From Patescibacteria group bacterium (GTDB taxonomy: Bacteria > Patescibacteriota > JABMPQ01 > JAQVVF01): a stretch of 64,000 bases of DNA. Every line of letters starts with the position of its first letter. The first letter of the stretch is position 1. Positions 9,644 to 19,023 of the stretch are shown here, one piece after another. The position numbers were made by a program, and so were the translations under genes. The stretch is from the NCBI GenBank assembly GCA_041662665.1, contig JBAZSC010000002.1:165234-229233 (forward strand), in the 5' to 3' direction. The notes beneath the pieces were generated by a model, which searched no databases, had not been told where the DNA came from, and worked only from the letters and a program-made list of their open reading frames with translations.

Positions 9644-9744
9644 GAGCTCTACCCCTTATCCGCCAAAATCCCGAAAATTTCGGGAATCAAACGGAGTTTC
9701 CCAAATGCTTAAGCTATTTGTAAGCTATGGGCAAGGGCGAACTC
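9644..9744 (-). promoter_or_regulatory. Structured RNA leader of ssb-rpsR resembling the S6:S18-binding (rpsF leader) motif
   Basis: Minus strand GAGTTC-GCCCTT-GCCCA...TGGG...CCG...AAGGGGT-A-GAGCTC forms nested stems ending about 10 nt before the ssb ATG. Confidence 0.5.
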
Positions 9745-9819
9745 GTATTTATTTATATAAAATTTTTGTTTAAAAAATTTTTTTTACCTATTTTTAATTT
9801 CATCAAAAATTTTTATTGA

Positions 9820-9881
9820 CTTCTGCGTTTTTCGCGTCAGCTTCCGCATATTCCGCGTCAGCTTCTGCGTAGGTCTGCGGT
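9820..9881. repeat. GC-rich TCTGCGT/TCCGCG tandem array after the rpsF stop
   Basis: ttctgcgtttttcgcgtcagcttccgcatattccgcgtcagcttctgcgtaggtctgcggt; GC variant of the ATCTGTG array. Confidence 0.65.
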
Positions 9882-9883
9882 TA

Positions 9884-10543
9884 TTAGTCAATTATGTCTT
9901 CTTCTAAAATTTTATCTAATTTTTTATCCAAATCAATTTCTTTTGATTCTTTCTTTTTCAAAGCTGGTTTTTCTTCCTTGTCCGCCGAAGCTTTAGCGAA
10001 GGCGGATTCTTCCTCTTTAACGTCAACAGGTTTTTCTTCCTTTTCTTTTTCTTCACCTTCAATCTTTTCTTCCTTGTCCGCCGGTTTGTCCACTGAAACT
10101 TTAGTGGAGGTGGAAGCTTTAGCGAAGGCGGATTTCTTTTCAACTTTTTCAGTTTTTTCTTCTTTCACTTCTTCTTTTGTTTCACCTTCACCTTCAACTT
10201 TTTCCTTATGTTCCTTGACTGCCGAAGCTTCAGCGGAGGCAGTAGCTTCTAATTTAACGTCTTTTTCTTGCTTTGTTACTAATATTCTGACGACATCCAT
10301 TTCATCAGCAACTTGATATCTAATCTTTTTAATTTTAGATGGATCAGCTTCAATCTTTGCAATAAAATAATATCCTTGGCTAAAATGTTTAATTTCATAA
10401 GCCAAATCTTTCATTCCCAAAAAATTTGATTCCAAAATTTTTGCATCAAACTTTGCTAAAATCTTTTCTAATTCTTGAGCCTTTTTTTCTGCTTGTTCAT
10501 CAGTCATTTTAGGAGACAAGAACATTGATAATTCGTACTTCAT
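9884..10543 (-). CDS. rpsF: 30S ribosomal protein S6 with long charged C-terminal extension
   Basis: MKYEL...LG.KDLAYEIK...GYY; upstream of ssb-rpsR; E/K-rich tail of about 125 aa. Confidence 0.92.
   Translation of the reverse strand: MKYELSMFLSPKMTDEQAEKKAQELEKILAKFDAKILESNFLGMKDLAYEIKHFSQGYYFIAKIEADPSKIKKIRYQVADEMDVVRILVTKQEKDVKLEATASAEASAVKEHKEKVEGEGETKEEVKEEKTEKVEKKSAFAKASTSTKVSVDKPADKEEKIEGEEKEKEEKPVDVKEEESAFAKASADKEEKPALKKKESKEIDLDKKLDKILEEDIID
9980..10243. repeat. REP-like palindromes GTCCGCCGAAGCTTTAGCGAAGGCGGA inside rpsF (9980-10006, nested 10076-10132, 10217-10243)
   Basis: Hairpin CCGCC...GGCGG read in frame as SAFAKASADK-type peptides; related copies at 10559-10590, 19042-19101, 30704-30737, 38263-38289, 40654-40684. 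Confidence 0.85.
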
Positions 10544-10671
10544 AATGTAGTAAATTAAATCCTCCTTCGTCCTGCTGGACTACGGCGGATGCTAAAATTT
10601 GTATTTCTTATCTTATCACAAAAATCTGAATAATGCAAGGAAATTCGGTATTTTTTATTTTAGCGATAATT

Positions 10672-10944
10672 TTATTCCTTAAAAATTTTTCGTAGTTCAT
10701 CTTTTGCCTTATTTAAAACATTTTTCTGCTGTCCAGATAAGTTCCTTCCTGCTCGATTAATATAAAAATTCAACATCGACATCGCTGACTGAAATTCAGT
10801 TCCTTTTCTACGATTGCTTTTTTCCGCCGATTTTTTTAAAGATTCAGCAATTTTTTTAGGATCATTAAATGTAAAAACACCATCTTCTAAATCCAAAGCA
10901 TTACTTTCTTTTGTTACTTTGCCGGACCAATATTTTTTTGTCAT
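10672..10944 (-). CDS. DUF3175-like small protein
   Basis: WS..VT..SNALDLE.GVF...DPKKIA.SLK.SAE.S.RRK...QSAMSMLNFYINRAG. Confidence 0.8.
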   Translation of the reverse strand: MTKKYWSGKVTKESNALDLEDGVFTFNDPKKIAESLKKSAEKSNRRKGTEFQSAMSMLNFYINRAGRNLSGQQKNVLNKAKDELRKIFKE

Positions 10945-11182
10945 ACTTTTTTATTTTACATCCATCACTAGTTTTATTAATTTTATCAATTTTACTTATT
11001 TTACTCATACCATTCCATCCTGTTTTTACAAAAAGTTTGCCAGAACCTCTAAAAAATCTTTAAAAAAATTTAGACAATATTATTATATCAAATTGTTTTT
11101 AATTAACAAAAATATAATCTTTAAAATTAGTTCTTCTCTTGCAAAAAACAAGGAAATAAGCTAAAATTCAGTTTGAATCTAA

Positions 11183-11232
11183 ATATCTGTGTTATCTGTC
11201 ATAATCTGTAATTAATCTGTGTTAAATTTGTA
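11183..11232. repeat. Solo ATCTGT-type array immediately upstream of ychF
   Basis: atatctgtgttatctgtcataatctgtaattaatctgtgttaaatttgta. Confidence 0.7.
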
Positions 11233-11236
11233 GCTT

Positions 11237-12295
11237 ATGAAAATCGGTATCGTTGGTCTTCCAAACGTTGGCAAGTCAACACTTTTCAACGCTCTGACCA
11301 AAAAACAAGTTGACGCTTCAAATTATCCTTTTTGTACAATCGACCCAAATGTCGGTATTGTTAGCGTACCTGATGAAAGAATAGATCAACTAGTAAAAAT
11401 TGATCATCCTGCAAAAATCGTACCTGCAGTTGTAGAATTTGTTGATATTGCTGGTCTTGTTCGAGGTGCTCATAAAGGTGAAGGTCTTGGCAACAAATTT
11501 TTAACTCACATTAAAGAAGTTGACGCTATTGTCCATGTTCTAAGAAATTTTTCTGACAAAAATGTTACTCATGTTCATGGAAAAATCGACCCCAAAGAAG
11601 ATGCCGATACAGTTGAATTAGAATTGATTTTAGCTGATCTTGATCTTGTTTCAAAATTATTTGAACAAGCAAATAGAAATTCCAAATCAGGCGATAAAGA
11701 AATGATTGCCAGAGCATCAGCATTAGAAAAAATTAAATTAGCATTAGAAAAAAATGAGCTTGCAAGAAAAGTCACTTTAGAAAAAGATGAAAAAGATTCA
11801 ATCAGAGATGTTCAACTTTTAACAACCAAACCAATTCTGTATGTTTTAAATATTGATGAAAATGAAATTGGCAAAGAAATTAATTGTCCAAAACAACCTT
11901 GTATTCCAATTGCCGCTAAAATTGAATCAGAATTAGTTCAGTTATCAGCCGAAGAAGTTAAAGAATATTTACAAGAATATAATCTAAAAGAAACAAGCTT
12001 GAATAAATTTATCAAAGCATCATATGATCTTTTAGGTTTAATCACTTTTTTCACTTCTGGCATTACCGAAACTCATGCCTGGACAATCAAAAATGGTAGC
12101 AATGCACAACAAGCTGCTGGCAGAATCCATACTGATTTTTATAATAAATTTATTCGAGCTGAAATTATTTCGTTTGACGATTATGTATCTTCAGGCGGAG
12201 AATCAAAAGCCAAAGAAAAAGGCAAAATGAGAGTTGAAGGCAAAGACTATATTATCAAGGATGGCGATGTCGCCTATTTCAGAATTGGTCAGTAA
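11237..12295 (+). CDS. ychF: Redox-regulated ATPase YchF (Obg family)
   Basis: GIVGLPNVGKSTLFN, NYPFCTIDPN, DIAGLV.GA..GEGLGNKFL, EGKDY...DGD. Confidence 0.97.
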   Translation: MKIGIVGLPNVGKSTLFNALTKKQVDASNYPFCTIDPNVGIVSVPDERIDQLVKIDHPAKIVPAVVEFVDIAGLVRGAHKGEGLGNKFLTHIKEVDAIVHVLRNFSDKNVTHVHGKIDPKEDADTVELELILADLDLVSKLFEQANRNSKSGDKEMIARASALEKIKLALEKNELARKVTLEKDEKDSIRDVQLLTTKPILYVLNIDENEIGKEINCPKQPCIPIAAKIESELVQLSAEEVKEYLQEYNLKETSLNKFIKASYDLLGLITFFTSGITETHAWTIKNGSNAQQAAGRIHTDFYNKFIRAEIISFDDYVSSGGESKAKEKGKMRVEGKDYIIKDGDVAYFRIGQ

Positions 12296-12300
12296 AACAG

Positions 12301-12417
12301 AAGAATCTTGAATTTAGAATCTAGAATCTTAAATAGAATATGGAATAAAGAATTTAGAATTCTCTATTCTCTATTCTAAATTCATTCTAAATTCAAGATT
12401 CCAGATTCTAAATTCTT
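12301..12417. repeat. Imperfect long palindrome of 7-nt TAGAATT/AATTCTA units
   Basis: gaatttagaatctagaatcttaaat (12310-12334) pairs with attcaagattccagattctaaattc (12391-12415). Confidence 0.8.
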
Positions 12418-12439
12418 ATAAATATTTAATTCAAAATTT

Positions 12440-12997
12440 ATGTTAAGCATGAACGATCTAAAATCAGGAACAATTATTGATTACGAAGATCAACCTTACG
12501 AAGTTTTATCCAAAGACTTTGTTAAAAATGCTCAAAGACGTCCAGTAATGTTTACCAAATTAAAAAACTTAATTTCTGGAAAAATCATTGAACATTCTTT
12601 CCAACAAAGCGATCGCTTGAATGAATCTGACGTTACCAAAAAAGACGCTCAATATATGTATGAAGACAATGGCAATTATAATTTCATGGACAGCGAGACT
12701 TATGAACAATTCTCTTTAGCCAAAAATATTCTAGGCAACAAAACTGATTTTTTATTAGAAAATGGCACAGTAAAAATTGTTTATTATAACAATGATCCAA
12801 TTAACATTGAATTACCTATTAAAATGGAATTCAAAATTATTGAAACTGCTCCAGGCGTAAAAGGAAATTCTGCAACAAACGCCATGAAAGAAGCAACAAT
12901 AGAGACTGGCAAAAAAATTCAAGTTCCATTATTCGTCAAAGAAGGAGATTTGATCAGAATTGATTCTAGAACTGGTGAATATTTGGAAAGAGTTTAA
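12440..12997 (+). CDS. efp: Elongation factor P
   Basis: KLKNLISG, YNFMDSETYEQ, PGVKGNSA, VPLFV.EGD.IRIDSRTGEY.ER. Confidence 0.95.
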   Translation: MLSMNDLKSGTIIDYEDQPYEVLSKDFVKNAQRRPVMFTKLKNLISGKIIEHSFQQSDRLNESDVTKKDAQYMYEDNGNYNFMDSETYEQFSLAKNILGNKTDFLLENGTVKIVYYNNDPINIELPIKMEFKIIETAPGVKGNSATNAMKEATIETGKKIQVPLFVKEGDLIRIDSRTGEYLERV

Positions 12998-13017
12998 TAT
13001 TATAAAATAATCAAAAC

Positions 13018-13045
13018 AAAACCGAGCCTCAACACTCGGTTTTTT
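13018..13045. terminator. Bidirectional intrinsic terminator (efp/recA)
   Basis: aaaaccgag-cctcaaca-ctcggtttttt. Confidence 0.75.
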
Positions 13046-13129
13046 AATATCCGTAATTTCCGAATATCCGAATATCTTAATTTCCGTCAGTACTTTATGG
13101 ACTTTAAAAACTTTATGAACTTTAGAAAC

Positions 13130-14155
13130 TTAGTCAACTTTCGCTGCTTTAATCAAGTCCCAAATTTTCTTTTCAATCATATTTGCAACTTTTGGATTAT
13201 CTCGCAAAAATTGTTTTGAAGCTTCTCTACCTTGACCCAATTGCGCTTTATCAAAAGTATACCAAGATCCAGACTTGCCCAAAACTTTGTAAACAACTCC
13301 AGTATCCAATAAATCACCAACTCTTGAGATTCCTTCATTATACATAATATCAAATTCTGTCGTCTGAAATGGCGGAGCAACTTTATTTTTAACAATTTTT
13401 ACTTTCACTCTATTTCCAATAATTTTATCATTCATTTTAATTTGAGCTGCTCTTCTTAATTCAATTCTCACTGAAGAATAAAATTTCAATGCTTTTCCAC
13501 CAGTTGTTTCTTCTGGATTGCCAAACATCACACCAATCTTCATTCTTATTTGATTCAAAAATATTACTGTTGTTTTTGAACTAGAAATTGCAGCTGTTAA
13601 TTTTCGAAGAGCTTGCGACATTAATCTTGCATGCAAACCCATATGAGAATCACCCATATCGCCTTCAATTTCTGCGCGCGGAGTCAAAGCTGCTACAGAA
13701 TCGATTACAATTACATCAACTGCGTTTGATCGAACAAGAGTTTCAACAATTTCCAAAGCTTGCTCGCCTGTTTCTGGCTGAGAAATTAGCATATCATTAA
13801 TATTAATGCCAATTTTTTTTGCATAATCAGGATCCAAAGCATGTTCAGCGTCAACAAATGCCGCTAATCCGCCTTTTTTCTGAATATTAGCAATGATATG
13901 TTGTGCCAAAGTCGTCTTGCCAGAACTTTCCATACCAAAGATCTCAATAATTCTTCCTCTTGGCACTCCGCCAATTCCCAAAGCAATATCCAAAGAAATT
14001 GATCCAGTAGTAATTGCATCAATTTGCATTGTCTTTACTTCTCCTAACTTCATTATCGCTCCTTCACCAAAACGATCCTTAATCTGATCAATCGCTGATT
14101 CCACAGCCTTTGCCTTTCCCTCCATCGCACTACTTTTTTTTGCATCTTTCGCCAT
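13130..14155 (-). CDS. recA: Recombinase RecA
   Basis: [37 protein letters not shown]. Start placed at ATG 14155 (MAKD); the longer TTG start lies in a repeat. Confidence 0.97.
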   Translation of the reverse strand: MAKDAKKSSAMEGKAKAVESAIDQIKDRFGEGAIMKLGEVKTMQIDAITTGSISLDIALGIGGVPRGRIIEIFGMESSGKTTLAQHIIANIQKKGGLAAFVDAEHALDPDYAKKIGININDMLISQPETGEQALEIVETLVRSNAVDVIVIDSVAALTPRAEIEGDMGDSHMGLHARLMSQALRKLTAAISSSKTTVIFLNQIRMKIGVMFGNPEETTGGKALKFYSSVRIELRRAAQIKMNDKIIGNRVKVKIVKNKVAPPFQTTEFDIMYNEGISRVGDLLDTGVVYKVLGKSGSWYTFDKAQLGQGREASKQFLRDNPKVANMIEKKIWDLIKAAKVD

Positions 14156-14177
14156 AAAATTAAATTGTTTAATTACT

Positions 14178-14258
14178 AAATTGCTCAATTGTTAAATCGC
14201 TAAATTGTTAAAACAAACGAACATCGCCAACAATTTAACAATTCAACAATTTAACATT
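14178..14258. repeat. Inverted array of AATTGTT/AACAATT 8-nt units
   Basis: aaattgctcaattgttaaatcgctaaattgtt...aacaatttaacaattcaacaatttaacatt; related solo arm at about 453-480. Confidence 0.7.
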
Positions 14259-14328
14259 TTTTAACTAGTCTAACTTATCTAACTCGTTTTTTACTTTACG
14301 AACTTTAAAAACTTTAAGAACTTTATAA

Positions 14329-15375
14329 CTATTTGATTTCTTTATCACGTACAACTTCACCTTCTTTTCCCAAAAATCCCAAATCTTTTCCATTCAAAAC
14401 AGCTTTTGTTTTATCTGCTTTTCCTGATGACACAAAAAACTTTTCTTTTGCTTTAAAAGTTTGCGAAGCATCAGGCAACATCATTCCAGAATAAATTAAT
14501 CTATCATCAGCCTTTATTTGTATCCAAGCTGCCTTGTCTACAACTGTAATTACTAATTCTGATTCTTGTTTTACAGGAGTTGTCGGTGTTTTATTTTTAT
14601 CTTTTGAATTAGGATCTTTTACAGGTTCTTCTTTTTTATATTCTCCTCTCAAAGCTAATTTTTCATTTTCTTTTTGTCTCTCCAAATCACCAGTCAATTC
14701 AACCATAATATTTCTCTTTACTTCCGTACTCTTACCGAATTTATTATTAGCAACGATTTTTAGAATATTCAATCCATCTTGCAAAGCAACAGTCTCTTTA
14801 AATTTTCCGCTTCCATCAACTTGAATCGGCTGATCATTTATTTTTACTTCTGCTTCCAAATCTGTTTCGCCAACCAAAACAATCACATCATCATTTACTG
14901 TTTTATCTTCAGATGGATCCAAAATTGTTAATACTGGCGGTTTTGACAATCCGCTTAATTGAAACCATATATACAAAAACATTACAAAAACAGCCAAACA
15001 GACTAAACAAATCTTTATCAATCTTGGCGTAATTACAAATGAATTAGACTTATATGATGACAATGGAGCGGGCTCTTTTGATTTCTTAATATTTTCCTGT
15101 ATTCCTCGCTCATTTTTATAAATATTTAATGCCGCTTGAAAATCAATTCCAACATAATTACAGTAGCTTCTCAAAAAACCTCTGACATAAACATCAGCCG
15201 GCAATTCACTGTATCTTCCTTCTTCCAAATATCTAATATATGTTTCTCGAACTCTAATACTTTGTGAAATTTCTTTTAACGTCAAATTAGCCTCTTCTCT
15301 TGCATTCTGCAATCTCTCGCCCAAAGTTTCGGCACTTTTCAGACGATGAGTAGTAAAACCTTCACCTAATTTCAT
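14329..15375 (-). CDS. RodZ-like protein (HTH, TM, Ig-like, DUF4115-like C-terminus)
   Basis: LGERLQNARE..LTL.EIS..IRV...YI..LEEG.YSELP..VYVRGFLRSY; TM segment; WIQIKADD...YSG. Confidence 0.8.
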   Translation of the reverse strand: MKLGEGFTTHRLKSAETLGERLQNAREEANLTLKEISQSIRVRETYIRYLEEGRYSELPADVYVRGFLRSYCNYVGIDFQAALNIYKNERGIQENIKKSKEPAPLSSYKSNSFVITPRLIKICLVCLAVFVMFLYIWFQLSGLSKPPVLTILDPSEDKTVNDDVIVLVGETDLEAEVKINDQPIQVDGSGKFKETVALQDGLNILKIVANNKFGKSTEVKRNIMVELTGDLERQKENEKLALRGEYKKEEPVKDPNSKDKNKTPTTPVKQESELVITVVDKAAWIQIKADDRLIYSGMMLPDASQTFKAKEKFFVSSGKADKTKAVLNGKDLGFLGKEGEVVRDKEIK

Positions 15376-15413
15376 AACAGATTATTATTACTTTCCTAAA
15401 CCAAAAAAATAAA

Positions 15414-15610
15414 AATGAAAAAAATATTTTTTTACGAACAAAGCTATTAACTTTTTTGATTAAAAAAGTTAATCAGCACCTTTTGGAAATATGACCCAAC
15501 AAAATTTAAAAATTAAGCTAATAAATTAATAAATAGTCACACTCATCATATCAAAACCTCAAAAGGTGCGGGCGAAATACTGCAGTGAGTAAAAAAATAA
15601 TTTTTTCATT
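15414..15610. other. 197-bp element with 22-bp terminal inverted repeats and internal stems (MITE-like or structured RNA)
   Basis: 15414-15435 pairs with 15589-15610 (one mismatch); inner gcaccttttg/caaaaggtgc; hairpin attaactttttt/aaaaaagttaat. Confidence 0.55.
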
Positions 15611-15614
15611 AATT

Positions 15615-17873
15615 TCATAACTGATTGTTATTAAACTGTTTATTTGCTAATTCTTCTTTGCTTGGAAGTCCCATCGTATCACCTGGCGCAACTAAAATTT
15701 CTCTTGGCTTTGCACCATCAGCTTGTCCAACAATTCCTCTTTCTTCCAAAATATCTAAAAGTCGAGCAGCTCTCGCATAACCAACTCTCAATCTTCTTTG
15801 CAATAATGACGCTGAAGCCTTTCCTGACATTATAACAGTTTCTTTTGCTTCTTCATATAATTCGTCATCAACTTCACCCTCAACTGATATTCCTCCATTA
15901 GCCATCATTTTTTGTTGCTTTTGAACTATTGATTCATCATATTCTGGCTGTCCTTTATCTTTCAAATATTTAGTTACAGAATGGATATCTTTTTCAGTTA
16001 CAAATGACCCTTGAACTCTTCTTGGCTTACCAAGATCTGGAGAGATAAAAAGCATATCACCATTGCCTAATAATCTTTCCGCTCCACCAACATCAATAAT
16101 CGTCCTTGAATCAATTTGTGATGCTACTGCAAAAGCAATTCTCGCTGTAATATTAGCTTTAATTAAACCAGTAATAACATTAACTGACGGTCTTTGTGTT
16201 GCCAAAATCAAATGGATGCCAGTTGCACGAGCCATTTGCGATAATCTGACAATTGCTGCTTCAACCTCTTTAGATGCAACAGCCATCAAATCAGCCAACT
16301 CATCAATTACAACTACGATAAATGGCAATCGATCTTTTCCAGCCGAAGCATTATATGAATGAATATCTCTTTTTTTGCATTCTGCAAACAAAGTAAAACG
16401 TTTCTCCATTTCCGATACTGTCCAACGCAATGCATTAACAGTTTTATCAACTTCAGTAATTACTGGAGTTAATAAATGCGGAATATCTGCATAACTCGTC
16501 ATTTCTACTTTTTTTGGATCAACTAAAATCAATCTCAAATCATCAGGAGAATTTTGGTATAACAAACTCATAATAATCGTATTCAAACAGATTGACTTTC
16601 CAGAACCAGTTGCACCAGAAATCAAAAGATGAGGCATTTTATCAAGCTCGCAAACTGTTGGACTTCCTGCCACATTCCTACCCAAAACCATTGTTAAAGA
16701 AGATTTTGAACCAACAAATTCTTTGCTTTCTAAAACTTCTCTCAAACGAACAATCGCTACTTTCTGATTTGGCACTTCTACGCCAACCAATGATTTACCA
16801 GGAATTGGCGCTTCAAGTCTTATTGGATGTGCTGCAAGAGCCAATGCTAAATCATTATTCAAAGTAACAATTTGACTTAATTTTACTCCTTCGTCAGGCT
16901 TAAAAGTATATTGTGTAACTGTTGGACCGACATTAACTTCATGCATTTTTACATTAATATTGAAACTTTTCAAAGTCTGCTGAATTACTCTCGCATTATT
17001 CTTGACATCACCAGCCATTGGCGTAGTGCTTTGATTATTCAATAGATCAAGAGGATAAGGTTTCCAATCGCTCCATTTCTTTGAACGTATTATACTCTTT
17101 TTTGCTTTTCCATCTTCCATATTTTTCACTCGCAATTCTGAATTGCCTTCGCCTTCAACAGGTACAACAACTCTTTCGTTCATTCCTTTGATTGTTAATT
17201 CTCCTTCTATTGGCTGCTTATGTAATAATTTCAAAATAAATAATCTCAATTGCTTGAAACTTTCGATAACATCTTTCAAAGAAATATTAAAAGTCATTAT
17301 TGTTCCAATTGTAAAAATCGCCAGCAAAATCACTCCTGAAGCCCAAAATCCCATAAAAAGCTGCAATGGATAAGAAAAAACATAACCCAAATATCCTCCG
17401 CCAACTCCATCTTTTATTACGCCTAACGCTGCTTCTCCATTATATTTCACATGAAAAACTCCGCATAAACCAACTAACAACATTATTGATCCAATCAAAT
17501 TATATTTGCTGAAATTCGGCTCTTCCAACCTTTCTGATCTAAAAATTGCAATAGCTAAACCAATTAATAAAAATGGAAAAATATATGCTGGCCTGCCCAT
17601 TGCCTGCCTTAAGCCAATACTTAAAAAATGTCCCATTTTTCCAGCCATTCCAACTAATGCCAATAAACTTAAAATTCCAACAATAAAAAAGACAACCAGC
17701 ATAATGCCTCGAACGACTTCGGGCTGCATGCCAATATTAAACAAAAAACCCATTGAGCCTTTTCTTTTTCGCCCATGTATTTTTGGCGGTCTGCCTGGTT
17801 TTCTTTTTTGTTGCTTCAAAATTGAAGCTGGAATTATATTTTTCGCTTTTGGCGGACGTCCTCTTTGTGCCAT
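15615..17873 (-). CDS. ftsK: DNA translocase FtsK/SpoIIIE
   Basis: 4TM N-domain, PHLLISGATGSGKS, VIDELADLM, ATQRPS, gamma domain SLLQRRLRVGYARAAR; likely start ATG 17873 (MAQR). Confidence 0.95.
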   Translation of the reverse strand: MAQRGRPPKAKNIIPASILKQQKRKPGRPPKIHGRKRKGSMGFLFNIGMQPEVVRGIMLVVFFIVGILSLLALVGMAGKMGHFLSIGLRQAMGRPAYIFPFLLIGLAIAIFRSERLEEPNFSKYNLIGSIMLLVGLCGVFHVKYNGEAALGVIKDGVGGGYLGYVFSYPLQLFMGFWASGVILLAIFTIGTIMTFNISLKDVIESFKQLRLFILKLLHKQPIEGELTIKGMNERVVVPVEGEGNSELRVKNMEDGKAKKSIIRSKKWSDWKPYPLDLLNNQSTTPMAGDVKNNARVIQQTLKSFNINVKMHEVNVGPTVTQYTFKPDEGVKLSQIVTLNNDLALALAAHPIRLEAPIPGKSLVGVEVPNQKVAIVRLREVLESKEFVGSKSSLTMVLGRNVAGSPTVCELDKMPHLLISGATGSGKSICLNTIIMSLLYQNSPDDLRLILVDPKKVEMTSYADIPHLLTPVITEVDKTVNALRWTVSEMEKRFTLFAECKKRDIHSYNASAGKDRLPFIVVVIDELADLMAVASKEVEAAIVRLSQMARATGIHLILATQRPSVNVITGLIKANITARIAFAVASQIDSRTIIDVGGAERLLGNGDMLFISPDLGKPRRVQGSFVTEKDIHSVTKYLKDKGQPEYDESIVQKQQKMMANGGISVEGEVDDELYEEAKETVIMSGKASASLLQRRLRVGYARAARLLDILEERGIVGQADGAKPREILVAPGDTMGLPSKEELANKQFNNNQL

Positions 17874-17982
17874 TTTATTTTGTTTATTTTTATTTAATTT
17901 CAAAAATCCTAAAAAATAGGGTTACCATTATTATACTATAATTAAACATTTACAACAATAAAAAATCGTAGATAAACTACGA

Positions 17983-19023
17983 TTAACCTCCATAAAAACA
18001 TAAAGGATCAGGACCTTGCAACATATTGCCATTATAAGCAGAAAATCTTTGTGCTAAACATCCTCCTTTACATGAATCCAACAAAACGCATTTTCTACAT
18101 TTACCTTTTAATCTTTTATAACCATAACTTTGGAATCTTCTAAATATATCAACCATTGGATGTTTTAGCCAAAAATATTCCAAATTATTTTCCAAAATAT
18201 TACCAAATGCCGGATATTTCATTGCCGAACAATATGTCACATCGCCATTTGCTCTAATCAAAATCTTTTCTTGACCAATATTACAACTTCTAATTGGAAA
18301 ACTTTCATCATAACTATATCGTCTATCAATGTTATGTCCTAATATCAAATCAAAACGTTGAGGTATCAAATAAGAGAAAAATCTTTGCGCGACTCTAAAT
18401 TGTTCTTGATTCAAAACTAATTCTGGATGATTTGCGCAACTGCCTTGAACAACCAATCTCAATAAGTGCCAGTTCTTTACTCCCAGATCTCTCAACAAAT
18501 CATACATCAAACCCAATTCAAGATAATTCACTGCCATTACAGTAGTATGCACTTCAACTTTTAATCCTCTTGCAACAGCTAAGGCAATACTTGCCATCAA
18601 CAAATCAAATGATCCTTCTAGTCCTGTCACTTTTTCATGCGTTTCTTTCATCCCATGCAAACTAAAAACTATTCTGTCATCTTTATGAGAATAACGTCTC
18701 CAAAAATCAAAGAAAGCTTCTTTCAAAGAAAACATTTTTCCTTTTTCATTTTTATAAATAGCGCTCGTCTGCAATCTTACAGAAAAACCAAATCGCCATG
18801 CATAAAGCATTAAATCAATACAATCTTTTCGCATCAAAAGCTCGCCTCCGCTAATCGTAAAAATACTTGCCCCAAGCCATTTTGCTTGTCTCAAAATATC
18901 CATTATTTCTGCCTGCGATAATTCTCTTTCAAAAGGCAAACCAGCATTTGAAGAACAATGAAGGCAACTTAAAGCACATTGATTTGTGATCTCAATTGAA
19001 ATTTCTTTCAATAGCCTTGGCAT
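17983..19023 (-). CDS. Radical SAM / SPASM domain protein
   Basis: CALSCLHC (CxxxCxxC); SPASM cysteines CNIG..C..CRKC...CKGGC...C; strong SD AAGGAGG. Confidence 0.88.
   Translation of the reverse strand: MPRLLKEISIEITNQCALSCLHCSSNAGLPFERELSQAEIMDILRQAKWLGASIFTISGGELLMRKDCIDLMLYAWRFGFSVRLQTSAIYKNEKGKMFSLKEAFFDFWRRYSHKDDRIVFSLHGMKETHEKVTGLEGSFDLLMASIALAVARGLKVEVHTTVMAVNYLELGLMYDLLRDLGVKNWHLLRLVVQGSCANHPELVLNQEQFRVAQRFFSYLIPQRFDLILGHNIDRRYSYDESFPIRSCNIGQEKILIRANGDVTYCSAMKYPAFGNILENNLEYFWLKHPMVDIFRRFQSYGYKRLKGKCRKCVLLDSCKGGCLAQRFSAYNGNMLQGPDPLCFYGG

Noticed and set aside
9894-10316. Ser/Phe-rich 140-aa ORF, and similar short ORFs nested in rpoC, ftsK, lon, polA and others
   Set aside because: Antisense or off-frame shadows of well-supported genes, with no motifs.
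12301-12417. Possible CRISPR array among the tandem repeats
   Set aside because: Units are 7-9 nt, degenerate and lack unique spacers; no cas genes and no regular repeat-spacer period anywhere in the window.
14156-14188. N-terminal extension of RecA (also those of rpoB, FemAB, the NYN-like protein and the aminotransferase in the ORF track)
   Set aside because: Extensions lie in repeat or promoter DNA; downstream ATGs fit family length or SD position better.
15615-15617. Alternative genetic code (TGA as Gly or Trp)
   Set aside because: TGA ends complete genes such as ftsK, and long conserved genes are uninterrupted under code 11.
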